DNA from: an uncultured virus (IMG/VR IMGVR_UViG_3300008267_000028)
Taxonomy: Duplodnaviria; Heunggongvirae; Uroviricota; Caudoviricetes
Length of the DNA stretch: 55,231 nucleotides
Virus record (IMG/VR): IMGVR_UViG_3300008267_000028
Direction: 5' to 3' (one strand)
Shown here: in pieces, positions 37,153 to 46,017 of the stretch
Position numbering within the stretch: position 1 is the stretch's first letter
Layout: each line of letters opens with the position of its first letter
The notes under the pieces: generated by a model
Told to the model about the DNA's origin: nothing
What the model saw: only the letters and a program-made list of their open reading frames with translations
The model's database searches: none
Program-made: the position numbers and the translations under genes

Positions 37153-37772
37153 CGCTGCCTCTCCTTGGCCCCTATCTTGTCGAGGACCTGCCGCATCACC
37201 ACGACAGCCTCGGCGTTCGTCTGCTTGCCGTTCGTGAGCCGCCAGCGGAGCCGATCCAGCACGCTGCCGACCCGCAGGTATCCGTCCATCGTGAAGCTGG
37301 GTTTAGCGGCACGCAGCCGCCTCTCACAGACACCCAACAACTGCTCGGCCTCCGTCGAGATAGGACCTTCCTCGAAGGTCACAACCTCTCGGGGCAACTC
37401 GGGGGTCGGTAACCCGAAGGCCCGCTCCATGAGCGCCAGTAGCCGTGTGAAGGGAACGTCGAGTTGCTCGAACTTCTTGAACAGGGCGATGCAGTCCCAC
37501 TTCTCCTGACAGACAAAGCACCACACGCCCGCTGGCTTGCCATCCGTCGCCGGATAGTACCTGGTGGACGGCTTGTTGTCCTTGCCGTGGAAGGGGCACG
37601 AGAACTGCTCGGGCTTGTGGCCGTTGTAGCGTAGGGCCGACCCGTAACGGGCCAACACGTCCCCGACCTCTACCCTGTCCCGCAAGGTGGCAACCCGCTG
37701 CCGCACCCATTGACGGGCGGCCTCGGACTGCCGTGCCTCCTGTGTCGCTTCGGCGTGGAAGTCCCTTGCCAC
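37149..37772 (-). CDS. primase-type CHC2 zinc-finger protein (no TOPRIM)
   Basis: CPFH..DNKPS...CFVC...DCI. Confidence 0.82.
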   Translation of the reverse strand: MARDFHAEATQEARQSEAARQWVRQRVATLRDRVEVGDVLARYGSALRYNGHKPEQFSCPFHGKDNKPSTRYYPATDGKPAGVWCFVCQEKWDCIALFKKFEQLDVPFTRLLALMERAFGLPTPELPREVVTFEEGPISTEAEQLLGVCERRLRAAKPSFTMDGYLRVGSVLDRLRWRLTNGKQTNAEAVVVMRQVLDKIGAKERQR

Positions 37773-37779
37773 TGTGACC

Positions 37780-39252
37780 TCACACGTTGTTCATGGCGTC
37801 CAAGACCGCCTGATGATCCTCGACACCCATGCCGCGACCGTCGCTGCCCTGCCATGTGTCGAGGTTGTAGATGCGGCGGCAGGCGAACTCGACCTTCGCC
37901 ATGAACGGCTCAATCAGCGGGTTGTCTCGGTTCTTCATGTTGCAGAACAGGGTGGTGCCGTTCTTGCGATGCTCGTCGTCGAGGAACGTGGTCGTGATGA
38001 CGTCCGCTGACTTCTCGACCTCGTTCGCATAGGCAAGAGCCGACATCTTGTAGCGGCCCTGATTCTTGACGGCCTCCTCCTTGCCCTGACGGTTGATCTG
38101 GAACAGAAGCAGGGTGGGGATTTTCTCACCGTTGTTGAAATGCAGGCAGAACTTCTTGGTGTCGCGGATGATGCTGTTGAGTTCGACCGTGTAATCCTTG
38201 GCCCGCTTCTCTTTCCGCGCCTCCATAAGCTGCCCGTGGTCAATGACCACCAGCCCAATCTCCATCTGCTTGTGGGTGAGTTCGGCGTCCATGCGGATGT
38301 CCGTGATCGTCATGTCACGGTCGGGGGCGCGAATCTCGAACGAGCAGTAGTCTTGGTTGTTGCAAAAATCGTCGATGACCGTCTGGTAGAAGGCTTCATC
38401 CTCGGGCGTCAGTTCGCCGTCGCGCACCTTGCGGTAGTCGAGGGGGCGATACCCCTGCGCCCGAAACTTCGCATGGCTGCTGTGGAGGACGTAAATCTGG
38501 AGCCGCAACTGCTCGTAAGGCATCTCCAGCGAGTAGTAGAGGACGTTCGTGCGGTAGCGGGTGACGAGGTTGTAGCACCAGTTGAGAGCGAAGGTGGTCT
38601 TGAGTTCGCCAGGGAACGCCGCGTGAACCCAGAGTTCGCCCTTCTTGATGCCGTGGCTCACCGAGTCGATGTTGTTGAGGCCGGTGAACCGACCCCACAC
38701 CTTGTCCTTGTTGACCTTGGCATCCTTGTAGGAGTCCCACATGGCCTGCCCGTCTAGCCGGATGTCGCCAGCCGTTCGGGCATTGAAGTCCGAGATCACA
38801 AGGTCATGGGCCTTCTGCTGGAAGTAAACAAGCCCTTCCCTGACGCCCTGCTTGCGTATCTTCTCGCGCCCCTCCTGCACCACCAGACCCTTGTTGATGA
38901 TCTCGTGGGCCTCCTTCAAGAGGGCCGACGCCTTGATGCGGTTCTGGTCCTCCTGTAGGGTCTGGATGAGGTGCGTGTAGTTGGTTCGGATGTACCACGG
39001 GGCGGCCTCAACGTCCTTGAGACGCTCCGTTACCTCGATGTCGCCGGTCTTGTCGAAGTAGTCAGCGACCGTCTGCCCGCTGGGCATTTCGAGACGCTGC
39101 TGGAAGTATTGCTTGAGGAAGTCAAAGAGCCGCCCGTCGTCGGGGCGCGTCCACTCCAGATGCGACTGCACGAGCTTCTGGAAGTTCTGGACGAGGTTCT
39201 CGGGCGCGATGTTGCTGTCGAAGTCAATGCACGAGCGTAGGAGCCTTTTCAT
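37780..39252 (-). CDS. DnaB-like replicative helicase
   Basis: KGEL...PGELKT, SLEM, VVIDH, QINR, EKSAD, KNRD. Confidence 0.88.
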   Translation of the reverse strand: MKRLLRSCIDFDSNIAPENLVQNFQKLVQSHLEWTRPDDGRLFDFLKQYFQQRLEMPSGQTVADYFDKTGDIEVTERLKDVEAAPWYIRTNYTHLIQTLQEDQNRIKASALLKEAHEIINKGLVVQEGREKIRKQGVREGLVYFQQKAHDLVISDFNARTAGDIRLDGQAMWDSYKDAKVNKDKVWGRFTGLNNIDSVSHGIKKGELWVHAAFPGELKTTFALNWCYNLVTRYRTNVLYYSLEMPYEQLRLQIYVLHSSHAKFRAQGYRPLDYRKVRDGELTPEDEAFYQTVIDDFCNNQDYCSFEIRAPDRDMTITDIRMDAELTHKQMEIGLVVIDHGQLMEARKEKRAKDYTVELNSIIRDTKKFCLHFNNGEKIPTLLLFQINRQGKEEAVKNQGRYKMSALAYANEVEKSADVITTTFLDDEHRKNGTTLFCNMKNRDNPLIEPFMAKVEFACRRIYNLDTWQGSDGRGMGVEDHQAVLDAMNNV

Positions 39253-40115
39253 ACCGGCCCTCCCCCACCACGCTTCTTGCCACCCTTCTTGAAGCGAGGA
39301 GCGTCGTCGCCAAAGATTGCCCCCATCTCCACGGCGGGTGCCGTGAACTGCGAGGCAGGGGCGTGGGTGGGCCTCGGAGCCGGTTCTGGGCTTGGCGTTC
39401 GGACCCCCATGCCAACGTCCTCGTCGTCCTCCGTCCCGTCAAAGCCGTGGAGGGCATCCGTGGGGCGTTGCTCGATGACGAGGTTGATGACCTCAAAGAG
39501 CCGGTGGATGTAGCCGCCGACGTCCTCGTTGTACGAAAAGTGGCCGTAGCCAAACGGGCTGCTGGGCACCTCGACGAGCCACGTTGGCTTATCAGCCGCC
39601 TCCCGCAGCATGAGGGCTTCCTTGAGGACGCCAGGCATGGCGACGTTCTTGTATCCGAGGAAACCCAGCCGCAGGATCACGAGGTCGATCTCGGGGCCGA
39701 CCAAATCCCCGATGCTGTTGTAGGTCACCACGTCGTCCCGCGTGTCGCGGGAGCGCGTCTTGTAGGACTCGTTCCCCAGATAGACGGTCTTGAGTTTCTC
39801 GTCCGTCACGATGCGGTAGCGGAACATCGGCCCCTTGCAGGCCAGCGTCCACTTGAGGTGGGGCAGCAGGTCCGACCAGTAGGACTTGATGAACAGGTTG
39901 TCGCCGGTTCGGTCCACCTTCGGCGGCAGCCCCTTGCCCGCCAACTCGTAGAGAGGGCTGCGCGTCATGGTGGGCGCGGAAGCGATCTCGGGTCCGAGGT
40001 ACGCCTTCAAGGTCTTGGCGTAACTACAGATACATTGGGTGACACGGCCCTCGTCGCCATCGACGTGGGTGAACCCCGTGTAGTTGCACTTGGAGCAGCC
40101 CTTTTGCTCGGTCAT
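39249..40115 (-). CDS. DnaC/DnaI-like helicase-loader-related protein (degenerate)
   Basis: CSKC..G...CIC N-terminus; adjacent to helicase; no clear Walker A. Confidence 0.5.
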   Translation of the reverse strand: MTEQKGCSKCNYTGFTHVDGDEGRVTQCICSYAKTLKAYLGPEIASAPTMTRSPLYELAGKGLPPKVDRTGDNLFIKSYWSDLLPHLKWTLACKGPMFRYRIVTDEKLKTVYLGNESYKTRSRDTRDDVVTYNSIGDLVGPEIDLVILRLGFLGYKNVAMPGVLKEALMLREAADKPTWLVEVPSSPFGYGHFSYNEDVGGYIHRLFEVINLVIEQRPTDALHGFDGTEDDEDVGMGVRTPSPEPAPRPTHAPASQFTAPAVEMGAIFGDDAPRFKKGGKKRGGGGPV

Positions 40116-40121
40116 GTGCGC

Positions 40122-40131
40122 CTCATACACC
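40122..40131 (-). promoter_or_regulatory. class II promoter variant GGTGTATGAG
   Basis: 6 nt before ATG 40115. Confidence 0.6.
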
Positions 40132-40139
40132 GGCAAGGG

Positions 40140-41891
40140 TCATTCATCGGAGGAATCCTTGCCCTGTAGGCGTCGGATGAGGTCCTTGGTACCTGACCCC
40201 TCACGCTCGAAGTCGAGAGCGCCCACCGCCGCCTCGCCCAGCACTCGGTCGATGAGGTTCTTCTTGGACTGCAAGAGAGCCAGAACGTGATGGTCAATCG
40301 TCTTGCGGTCCTTCTTCTTCTCGCGGGGCCGCTCTGCGATGAGGTGGTAGCAGACGATGTGCTGATGGGGGCTGCCAATACGGATAGGCCGCCCGAGAAG
40401 CTGGACGTAGTTACCCCATGACCACGGGGCATCGTAGAAGATCATCGCGGACGCAGCCTGTAGGTTGATGGCCTCGCTGCCAGCGTCCGTGATGAAGATG
40501 ACCTTGACATCCGACTCAAGGTTCTGAAAGACCTCCTGATGGCGGCGACGAGTCTTGTCGTCCTCCCGCCCCGTGATCCGCACGCTCTTGATGCTGGCCT
40601 CTGCGAGGATGTGCTGGAGGCGCGTCACAACCTTCTCAAACCGCGTATAGACGATCACCTTGTCGTTCTCTAGTTCGTCCGTGATGAGGTCGAGGAGCGC
40701 CTGCTCCTTGGCCCCCAACTTGTCGATCTTGAGTAACTCGTCCCTGTAGATGCCCGTCTCGATCTCGGACTCGGCCTCGAACTTGAGGATCGACAGGGAA
40801 TCCACAACCTGCTGGCAGTAGATGAGGGACACGAACGCCTTGTGTTCCTCGTAGTCCTTCACGGTCCCGTCGCCCATCTCAAAGACGCCCGACAGCGCCT
40901 CACCGTACTTGGAGTCCTCGGCGGGGCTGAGTTCGCAGGTGATCTCCTTGGTGATGAGGGTCGGCAGTTCGTCCGAGACGACGTGCTTGGGACGCCCGAG
41001 GAAGAACGGGTCGATCTTGTCACGGAAGTGCTGGAGGTTCCGATACCCGACGACGAGCGGTACCTGTCGGCCCCCTGCCACACGGGTCAGCCGCGTCACG
41101 CAGTAGTCGTTCATGAACGCCGTCTTGGTGGTGAACAGGTCGGGTACGAGCGCCTTGTAGATGGAGAACCCCTCCATGAGGTTGTTCTTGAGCAGCGTGG
41201 CGGTCAGCCCGTAGGCCCGATGGGCCAGCCCCGAGAGTTGGGCGCAGACCTGCCAGGTCTTGGTCGAGTTGGTCTTGAAGGCCGTCGCCTCGTCAAAGAC
41301 CACCACGACGTTCTGGGTGTTCTGCACGATGCCGTGGACCATGCCCGGCTTGACGGGAGACTTCGGGTCCTTGGGGTCGGCGCGACCAGCCCCCTCCGTC
41401 CAATCCTTCACCAGCAGGTGATAGTTGACGAGCAGGACGGCCTTCTCGTCCGTGTTGGTGGGGTGCTTGGCCCACGCCTCATAGACCTTGCGGCGCTCTT
41501 TGGGGGTCGAGGTAGTCACCACGAACGTCTTGACGTTGTGGGCAAACCTGTGAATCTCCCCCTCCCATTGACGCAGGGCTGACTTCGGGGTGACGACGAT
41601 GACCTTGTTGGCCGGTTCCTTGGGCCACAGGTAGCAGAGGGTGCCGATCACCTGAGCCGTTTTCCCCAGGCCAGTTCCGTCACCCAGCACCATCCGCTTC
41701 ATCATCAGAAGGTGGTAGATGCCCTGCGACTGATAGTACCGCAGCCGCAACGGTTGGGGCTTGCCGTCCAGCCCCTTGATCTCCGTGCGGAGCATTGGAG
41801 TCGGCTTGAGCGCCACCGTCTTGGAAGCCCGTATCTTCTTGAGGTTGTCGTAAGCGGCTTGGATTTCTGGGGCGAGCGGTTTGTCTGCCAT
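40140..41891 (-). CDS. SNF2-family helicase/ATPase
   Basis: LGDGTGLGKT, DEAT, LTATL..N, AGSEAINLQ, QLLGRPIRIG; start at MADK. Confidence 0.9.
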   Translation of the reverse strand: MADKPLAPEIQAAYDNLKKIRASKTVALKPTPMLRTEIKGLDGKPQPLRLRYYQSQGIYHLLMMKRMVLGDGTGLGKTAQVIGTLCYLWPKEPANKVIVVTPKSALRQWEGEIHRFAHNVKTFVVTTSTPKERRKVYEAWAKHPTNTDEKAVLLVNYHLLVKDWTEGAGRADPKDPKSPVKPGMVHGIVQNTQNVVVVFDEATAFKTNSTKTWQVCAQLSGLAHRAYGLTATLLKNNLMEGFSIYKALVPDLFTTKTAFMNDYCVTRLTRVAGGRQVPLVVGYRNLQHFRDKIDPFFLGRPKHVVSDELPTLITKEITCELSPAEDSKYGEALSGVFEMGDGTVKDYEEHKAFVSLIYCQQVVDSLSILKFEAESEIETGIYRDELLKIDKLGAKEQALLDLITDELENDKVIVYTRFEKVVTRLQHILAEASIKSVRITGREDDKTRRRHQEVFQNLESDVKVIFITDAGSEAINLQAASAMIFYDAPWSWGNYVQLLGRPIRIGSPHQHIVCYHLIAERPREKKKDRKTIDHHVLALLQSKKNLIDRVLGEAAVGALDFEREGSGTKDLIRRLQGKDSSDE

Positions 41892-41898
41892 GCCCCCT

Positions 41899-41908
41899 CT
41901 CTTACACC
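41899..41908 (-). promoter_or_regulatory. class II promoter GGTGTAAGAG
   Basis: 7 nt before ATG; heads the replication operon. Confidence 0.7.
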
Positions 41909-41944
41909 AACCCGAGAAGCCACCGGGGCTTTTTTTGGTGGCGG

Positions 41945-41974
41945 TTGATTTCCGCTGGGGTCGCTTCCTAGTGG
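41945..41974 (+). promoter_or_regulatory. class I promoter TTGATT-N18-TAGTGG
   Basis: Same motif and spacing. Confidence 0.75.
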
Positions 41975-42002
41975 GTACAGAACGCCAACCACGGAGACTC
42001 AA

Positions 42003-42164
42003 ATGACCATCGACCCGACCGACTTTGGCAGCATCGAGGACAGCGCGGAGTTCGCAGAGTTCGAGCGTGACGAGGAGGCTCTCGCCCAACTGATCGCAGA
42101 GGGCTTCATCGGACGCCCCGTGGTCGCCCAGACCCCCGTGGTCGAGGACGACATCAACTTCTAA
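42003..42164 (+). CDS. 53-aa acidic microprotein ending EDDINF
   Basis: Own promoter, GGAG RBS, GC3 bias; not in ORF track. Confidence 0.75.
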   Translation: MTIDPTDFGSIEDSAEFAEFERDEEALAQLIAEGFIGRPVVAQTPVVEDDINF

Positions 42165-42185
42165 AAAAACGAGGCCCACGGCCTC
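42163..42185 (-). terminator. intrinsic terminator
   Basis: GAGGC-CGTGG-GCCTC then GTTTTTTT on minus strand. Confidence 0.6.
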
Positions 42186-42214
42186 ATACGGACGAGCCGG
42201 TGTAGCAGCCGGAT

Positions 42215-42440
42215 AGTCGGGTGGCCCCCGATGAAGCGAAGCGGGGTTGCTCCCCGTAAAAAAGCCGCAACGCCTACGCAAAGCAGGCCGGTGCTGGACG
42301 GCACCGCATGGATGGAGTGGTGGAGGGCGCAAGCCCGATGAAGCCCCCCGACCAACCGTCCCTACCCATACACCCACAGCCCACCAAAGCATCGGCCCGC
42401 CGCTTCCTGCCATGTGGTCAGGGAGGGCGGGCCGACGTCT
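42215..42440 (+). ncRNA. candidate K-turn-containing structured ncRNA
   Basis: Class II-like GGTGTAGCAG at 42199-42208; closing stem; K-turn with GCAA loop; long 3' hairpin. Confidence 0.5.
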
Positions 42441-42452
42441 TTCGAGCGAACG

Positions 42453-43379
42453 CTAGGCAACCGCCTCGCTGTCCACGGTGCGACCGTGACAAACGAAGGG
42501 CGTGGCTAGGTCCCACTTACCAGCGGCGATCAGCTTGCTAAGGGCATCCTGCCGGTACACGCACTTCTGGACGAGCGGGTTGCTGTTCGCGGCCAACCAA
42601 GCCCGACGAACCGCGATGTACTCCTTGACCCACTCCTTTTCGTCACCCCCAGCGGCGGGGGTCGGTTCCTTGACGGCAGCCTTGTGGGTCGCCACACGGC
42701 CAGGGCCCGAATGGATGCAGGTGTCGTAGATGGTCAACAGCCCCAACGCCGACGTGAGGCCAAAGGACTCCGCGTGCTTGACGGCGGGCGAGAAGTACAC
42801 CTCGTCGAACACCTCGTCCTGCGCCCGCTGCATGAACGCATCCTTGCCCGCCTTCTTGAGCAGCGCGATCAGATCGTTCAACCACGCCGGATAGGGACCG
42901 CCTGGCGTCACCTTGGTGGACTCATTGGAGGCGATCTGGGGGAGGTACTTCTGGAGGTCGCCCGCCAACGGGCCGCCCAGAGCGATGTACCGCTTCACCA
43001 CGAGGTCCAGCGACCCCGCCTTGTCGGTACACTGGTGCTTGCCATACGAGATGCCAGCCCCATCCTTCAAGATCGTACACGTTGCGTAACTCTCGGGGGT
43101 CGGGACCTTACCCGTCTCGAAGATGGCGAGAACCGCATCAATCGCCTTCTTCTGCGCCGCCGTGTAGGCCAGCTTGCCCGACTTGGCCGCAGGAGCCGCC
43201 TTCGCAGGGGCCGCCCCCTGCTTCAACGACGCCTCATAGGCTAGGCTCTGCTTCTCGGTACCAGCACCGTGGATGCCGTCGGCCTTACCGACGTTGAATC
43301 CATGCTCGTTCAAGAACTCCTGCCACGCCTTGACGGCCTCGCCCTTGTCGCCTTGCTTGGTTCTGATTGGTGTCGTCAC
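42453..43379 (-). CDS. endolysin: PG-binding domain + GH46/lysozyme-like domain
   Basis: GDKGEAVKAWQ..L...ADGIHG..T; FETG...DGAGISYG..Q, YDTCIHSG. Confidence 0.8.
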   Translation of the reverse strand: MTTPIRTKQGDKGEAVKAWQEFLNEHGFNVGKADGIHGAGTEKQSLAYEASLKQGAAPAKAAPAAKSGKLAYTAAQKKAIDAVLAIFETGKVPTPESYATCTILKDGAGISYGKHQCTDKAGSLDLVVKRYIALGGPLAGDLQKYLPQIASNESTKVTPGGPYPAWLNDLIALLKKAGKDAFMQRAQDEVFDEVYFSPAVKHAESFGLTSALGLLTIYDTCIHSGPGRVATHKAAVKEPTPAAGGDEKEWVKEYIAVRRAWLAANSNPLVQKCVYRQDALSKLIAAGKWDLATPFVCHGRTVDSEAVA

Positions 43380-43451
43380 GTTTGACCTCTACCCTGGTTA
43401 GATAATGAACAATGAGGTTCATCTGGGTATGGGTCTGGGTAGGGGTCTGGT

Positions 43452-44300
43452 CTAGGTCTTGGCCTTGCCGCGAGGAGGCTTGAGAGCCTTCTCGATCTTC
43501 TTGAGGCGGTCCTCTAGGTCATCGAAACCCTCGGGAAGTTCGGGCGACTCGACCTTGGACTCCAACTTCGCCACCCGCTCGGATACCTCGGAGATCGAGG
43601 TGTGGAGAGAGGACAGCGACGACACCGCGCCATGCAGCTTCTTCAACTCCTCATGGATAGCGGCGTTCTCGGCCTTGCAGGAGGGGTGCTGGTTCTGCGG
43701 CTGTGAGGCTTGCAGTTCCATCTCCTTGAGCTTCTCCTCGTGTTTCTCCTTCGACCGCTGAGAGTAGAACTTCCACGCCGCACCACCGCCGAGGACCGCG
43801 ATGGCGGCAATCACAACGGTCATGCCACCGATCTGGCCGTTCGCAGGGATGAGTTTGGACAGTTCATCCGTCGCGGTAGTCGGCACACCCACGCTCGCCA
43901 CCGTGTTGGCAGGCGGGGTAGGCATCGGAAGTTGCTGGGGCATCGGGTACTGCGGAGTGGCGTCAGCCAACAGGACCGGCAACTCCTCGTGGGCCACCAC
44001 AACGTCGGCCTCATCGGCCTGCGCGACCTCGGCGTGGTGCTTCACCTTGGCGTGCTTCACCTTGGCGGCGTGGTGAATCTCGTGCTTCTCGCCCTCGTGG
44101 GCTTGGACCCCTTCGTGCTGCTCCATCTGACCGTCCTCTCTTTCGAGTGATTGTTCCACCGATGTTGTTGTCTCATCCGATCCATCTGATTCTTGATAGT
44201 GAAGTATGATAGTGGTGCCCGGCGGGATTAGGCAGTTTTGCAGCCGGGGATCGGTGAGACTGATCGGCTCGGTCGGAAAGATGCAGTTTTCCGTGGTCAC
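43452..44300 (-). CDS. single-TM coiled-coil membrane protein
   Basis: His/Pro-rich N-region, TM VIAAIAVLGGGAAW, C-terminal heptads. Confidence 0.65.
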   Translation of the reverse strand: MTTENCIFPTEPISLTDPRLQNCLIPPGTTIILHYQESDGSDETTTSVEQSLEREDGQMEQHEGVQAHEGEKHEIHHAAKVKHAKVKHHAEVAQADEADVVVAHEELPVLLADATPQYPMPQQLPMPTPPANTVASVGVPTTATDELSKLIPANGQIGGMTVVIAAIAVLGGGAAWKFYSQRSKEKHEEKLKEMELQASQPQNQHPSCKAENAAIHEELKKLHGAVSSLSSLHTSISEVSERVAKLESKVESPELPEGFDDLEDRLKKIEKALKPPRGKAKT

Positions 44301-44308
44301 TCACCCCC

Positions 44309-45418
44309 TTATTTCATCTGAGCGAGGGTCGCCTCCAAGATGGCGCGAGTCGCACCAGACAAGGAAAAGTTGTTGAGAATCGTTTGTATGAGTTGTTTCC
44401 CCTCCTTCATACGGGTCAGACTCTTTTTCTCACCCCCGTAGGTGTAGTCACCAAAGACCCGACGCACCAACCCCGCCTTCACGAACTTGGTGAGGTCACG
44501 CTCGTTCAGATACTCTGGCTTCCCGTTGCACACGATGGCGACCGCCTCGTAGTCCCCCGAGTACCCGCCTCGATCCACCTTGTAGTGGTCGGGCTTGGCG
44601 TCGTAGGACTTGCCGTAGGTGATCTCGACGACGTTCTTACGCCCCGCCACGCTCGCCGCATCCCCAGCCACCTGCCCCGACTCCACCAACCAATGCTTGA
44701 TGGAGATGCCCGTCCCTCGGGGCATCTTGTCGTCGTCCAGTTTCCAGCCCTGTGCGTCCACGACCTTCGAGTTGAACTTGCCGTCGAAGTCCACGAGCTT
44801 CATGGCCTTCACGACGTTCCCATAGAGCCACGCGGGCTGGGAACCCTCGTCGGCTTTGATGGGGAACTCGAAGGAACGGATCGTCCAGATGTCTTGGTCG
44901 GCCCCCGCGCCAATGAACATCTGCTCGTAAACGAAGTGCCGCATCGCCACAAAGACGTGCTTTGCGTCGGTTCGACCGTAGGCGACTCGGCAGGTGTCGG
45001 AACGGCTGTACTCATCGGACGAGTACCCCGTGCCCCGCTGGAGGTCCGTCACAAACAGCCACCCGACGCCTGCCGGAATACCGGCTTTCCCCTTGGCGTC
45101 GTTGAAACTGACCTCCTTGGCTCTCGGCTTATCGTACCGTACCTGACCGCCAGAGGGCGGCGGGGGCGACGAGGGACCCGTCGAGGGGCTGCTCCGATCA
45201 TAGGTGGGCCGCTGCCGTCCCGTCAGAACGTCACGGGCGACGTTGACCTGTACCATCTGATCTTCGCTACCACCCCGATCAGGGTGCGCCTCGAACGCCT
45301 TGGCTCGGTACGCCTTGGTGATCTCAGCCTCGCTGGGGTTGTCAGACGGCGAGAAGCCAAGCAGGGACTTGGCCTCGTCGAGCGTCATGGCGATTCGCAG
45401 GAATGAGTAACGGTCCAT
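44309..45418 (-). CDS. J-domain (DnaJ-like) protein
   Basis: ITKAYR..A..AHPDRGG...M..VN.ARDVL; preceded by LRIA leader. Confidence 0.85.
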   Translation of the reverse strand: MDRYSFLRIAMTLDEAKSLLGFSPSDNPSEAEITKAYRAKAFEAHPDRGGSEDQMVQVNVARDVLTGRQRPTYDRSSPSTGPSSPPPPSGGQVRYDKPRAKEVSFNDAKGKAGIPAGVGWLFVTDLQRGTGYSSDEYSRSDTCRVAYGRTDAKHVFVAMRHFVYEQMFIGAGADQDIWTIRSFEFPIKADEGSQPAWLYGNVVKAMKLVDFDGKFNSKVVDAQGWKLDDDKMPRGTGISIKHWLVESGQVAGDAASVAGRKNVVEITYGKSYDAKPDHYKVDRGGYSGDYEAVAIVCNGKPEYLNERDLTKFVKAGLVRRVFGDYTYGGEKKSLTRMKEGKQLIQTILNNFSLSGATRAILEATLAQMK

Positions 45419-45422
45419 CGTG

Positions 45423-46013
45423 TCACCAGAGGGAAAACGAGAGAGCGACGTGTGGCCCGCCGACCGACCCGAAGGCCAGCGCGTAGCCCGCGTGAACGCC
45501 GACGTTGCGGGTCAGGTCCAACCCCACGTTCACGCCAATCGACCTTACACCGACGTACCCGTTCAAGTTGAAGGAACGGTAGAAAAACGGCTCCAGCATG
45601 AGGCCGATGTCCACACCGGCCCCCGCGTCACGCGCCTGTAGGGCATCGAGCGGCAAGTACCCAGGGGCCACCTTGACGCGCCACCTCATCCCCCACTCGG
45701 GTTCGACGTAGCGGGCGACCTGCATGGCAAGGTTCGCCGTCACGTCCACCGTGTAGGTACACCAATCGAGGCGCACCTTGTAGGAGTTGCCCCCGCTCAC
45801 GAACATCCGACCCGCCTTGTCCTCGGTGATCTGGATGGGGTCGAGTTTGACGGTAGGCTTGTTCTCCAGCAGGCACCGCTTCTCGTCCATGACCGTCAGG
45901 AAGGTCGCTAGGTCGGCATCCTCCACACAGGTATTCCCTGCGGGACACTCTGCGGCCCCAGCGACCCCCGCCGACAGGATGACGGGCAGCACCGTACAGA
46001 TGAAGCGCCTCAT
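45423..46013 (-). CDS. exported protein with beta-strand-rich C-terminus (outer membrane candidate)
   Basis: Signal peptide ending AGA; amphipathic strands; terminal SFSLW. Confidence 0.6.
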   Translation of the reverse strand: MRRFICTVLPVILSAGVAGAAECPAGNTCVEDADLATFLTVMDEKRCLLENKPTVKLDPIQITEDKAGRMFVSGGNSYKVRLDWCTYTVDVTANLAMQVARYVEPEWGMRWRVKVAPGYLPLDALQARDAGAGVDIGLMLEPFFYRSFNLNGYVGVRSIGVNVGLDLTRNVGVHAGYALAFGSVGGPHVALSFSLW

Positions 46014-46017
46014 CGGC

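Noticed and set aside
42305..42360. SAM-I riboswitch
   Set aside because: Only the K-turn hairpin matches; no AUC...GAG/GCAACC/GGUGC core in order and no downstream gene
41892..42413. 174-aa N-terminal extension of the SNF2 ORF
   Set aside because: Antisense to a promoter, microprotein and candidate RNA; true start is at 41891
43421..43452. TCTGGGTA-like short repeats as iterons or G-quadruplex
   Set aside because: Too short and degenerate; the mRNA strand is a CA-rich leader like others here
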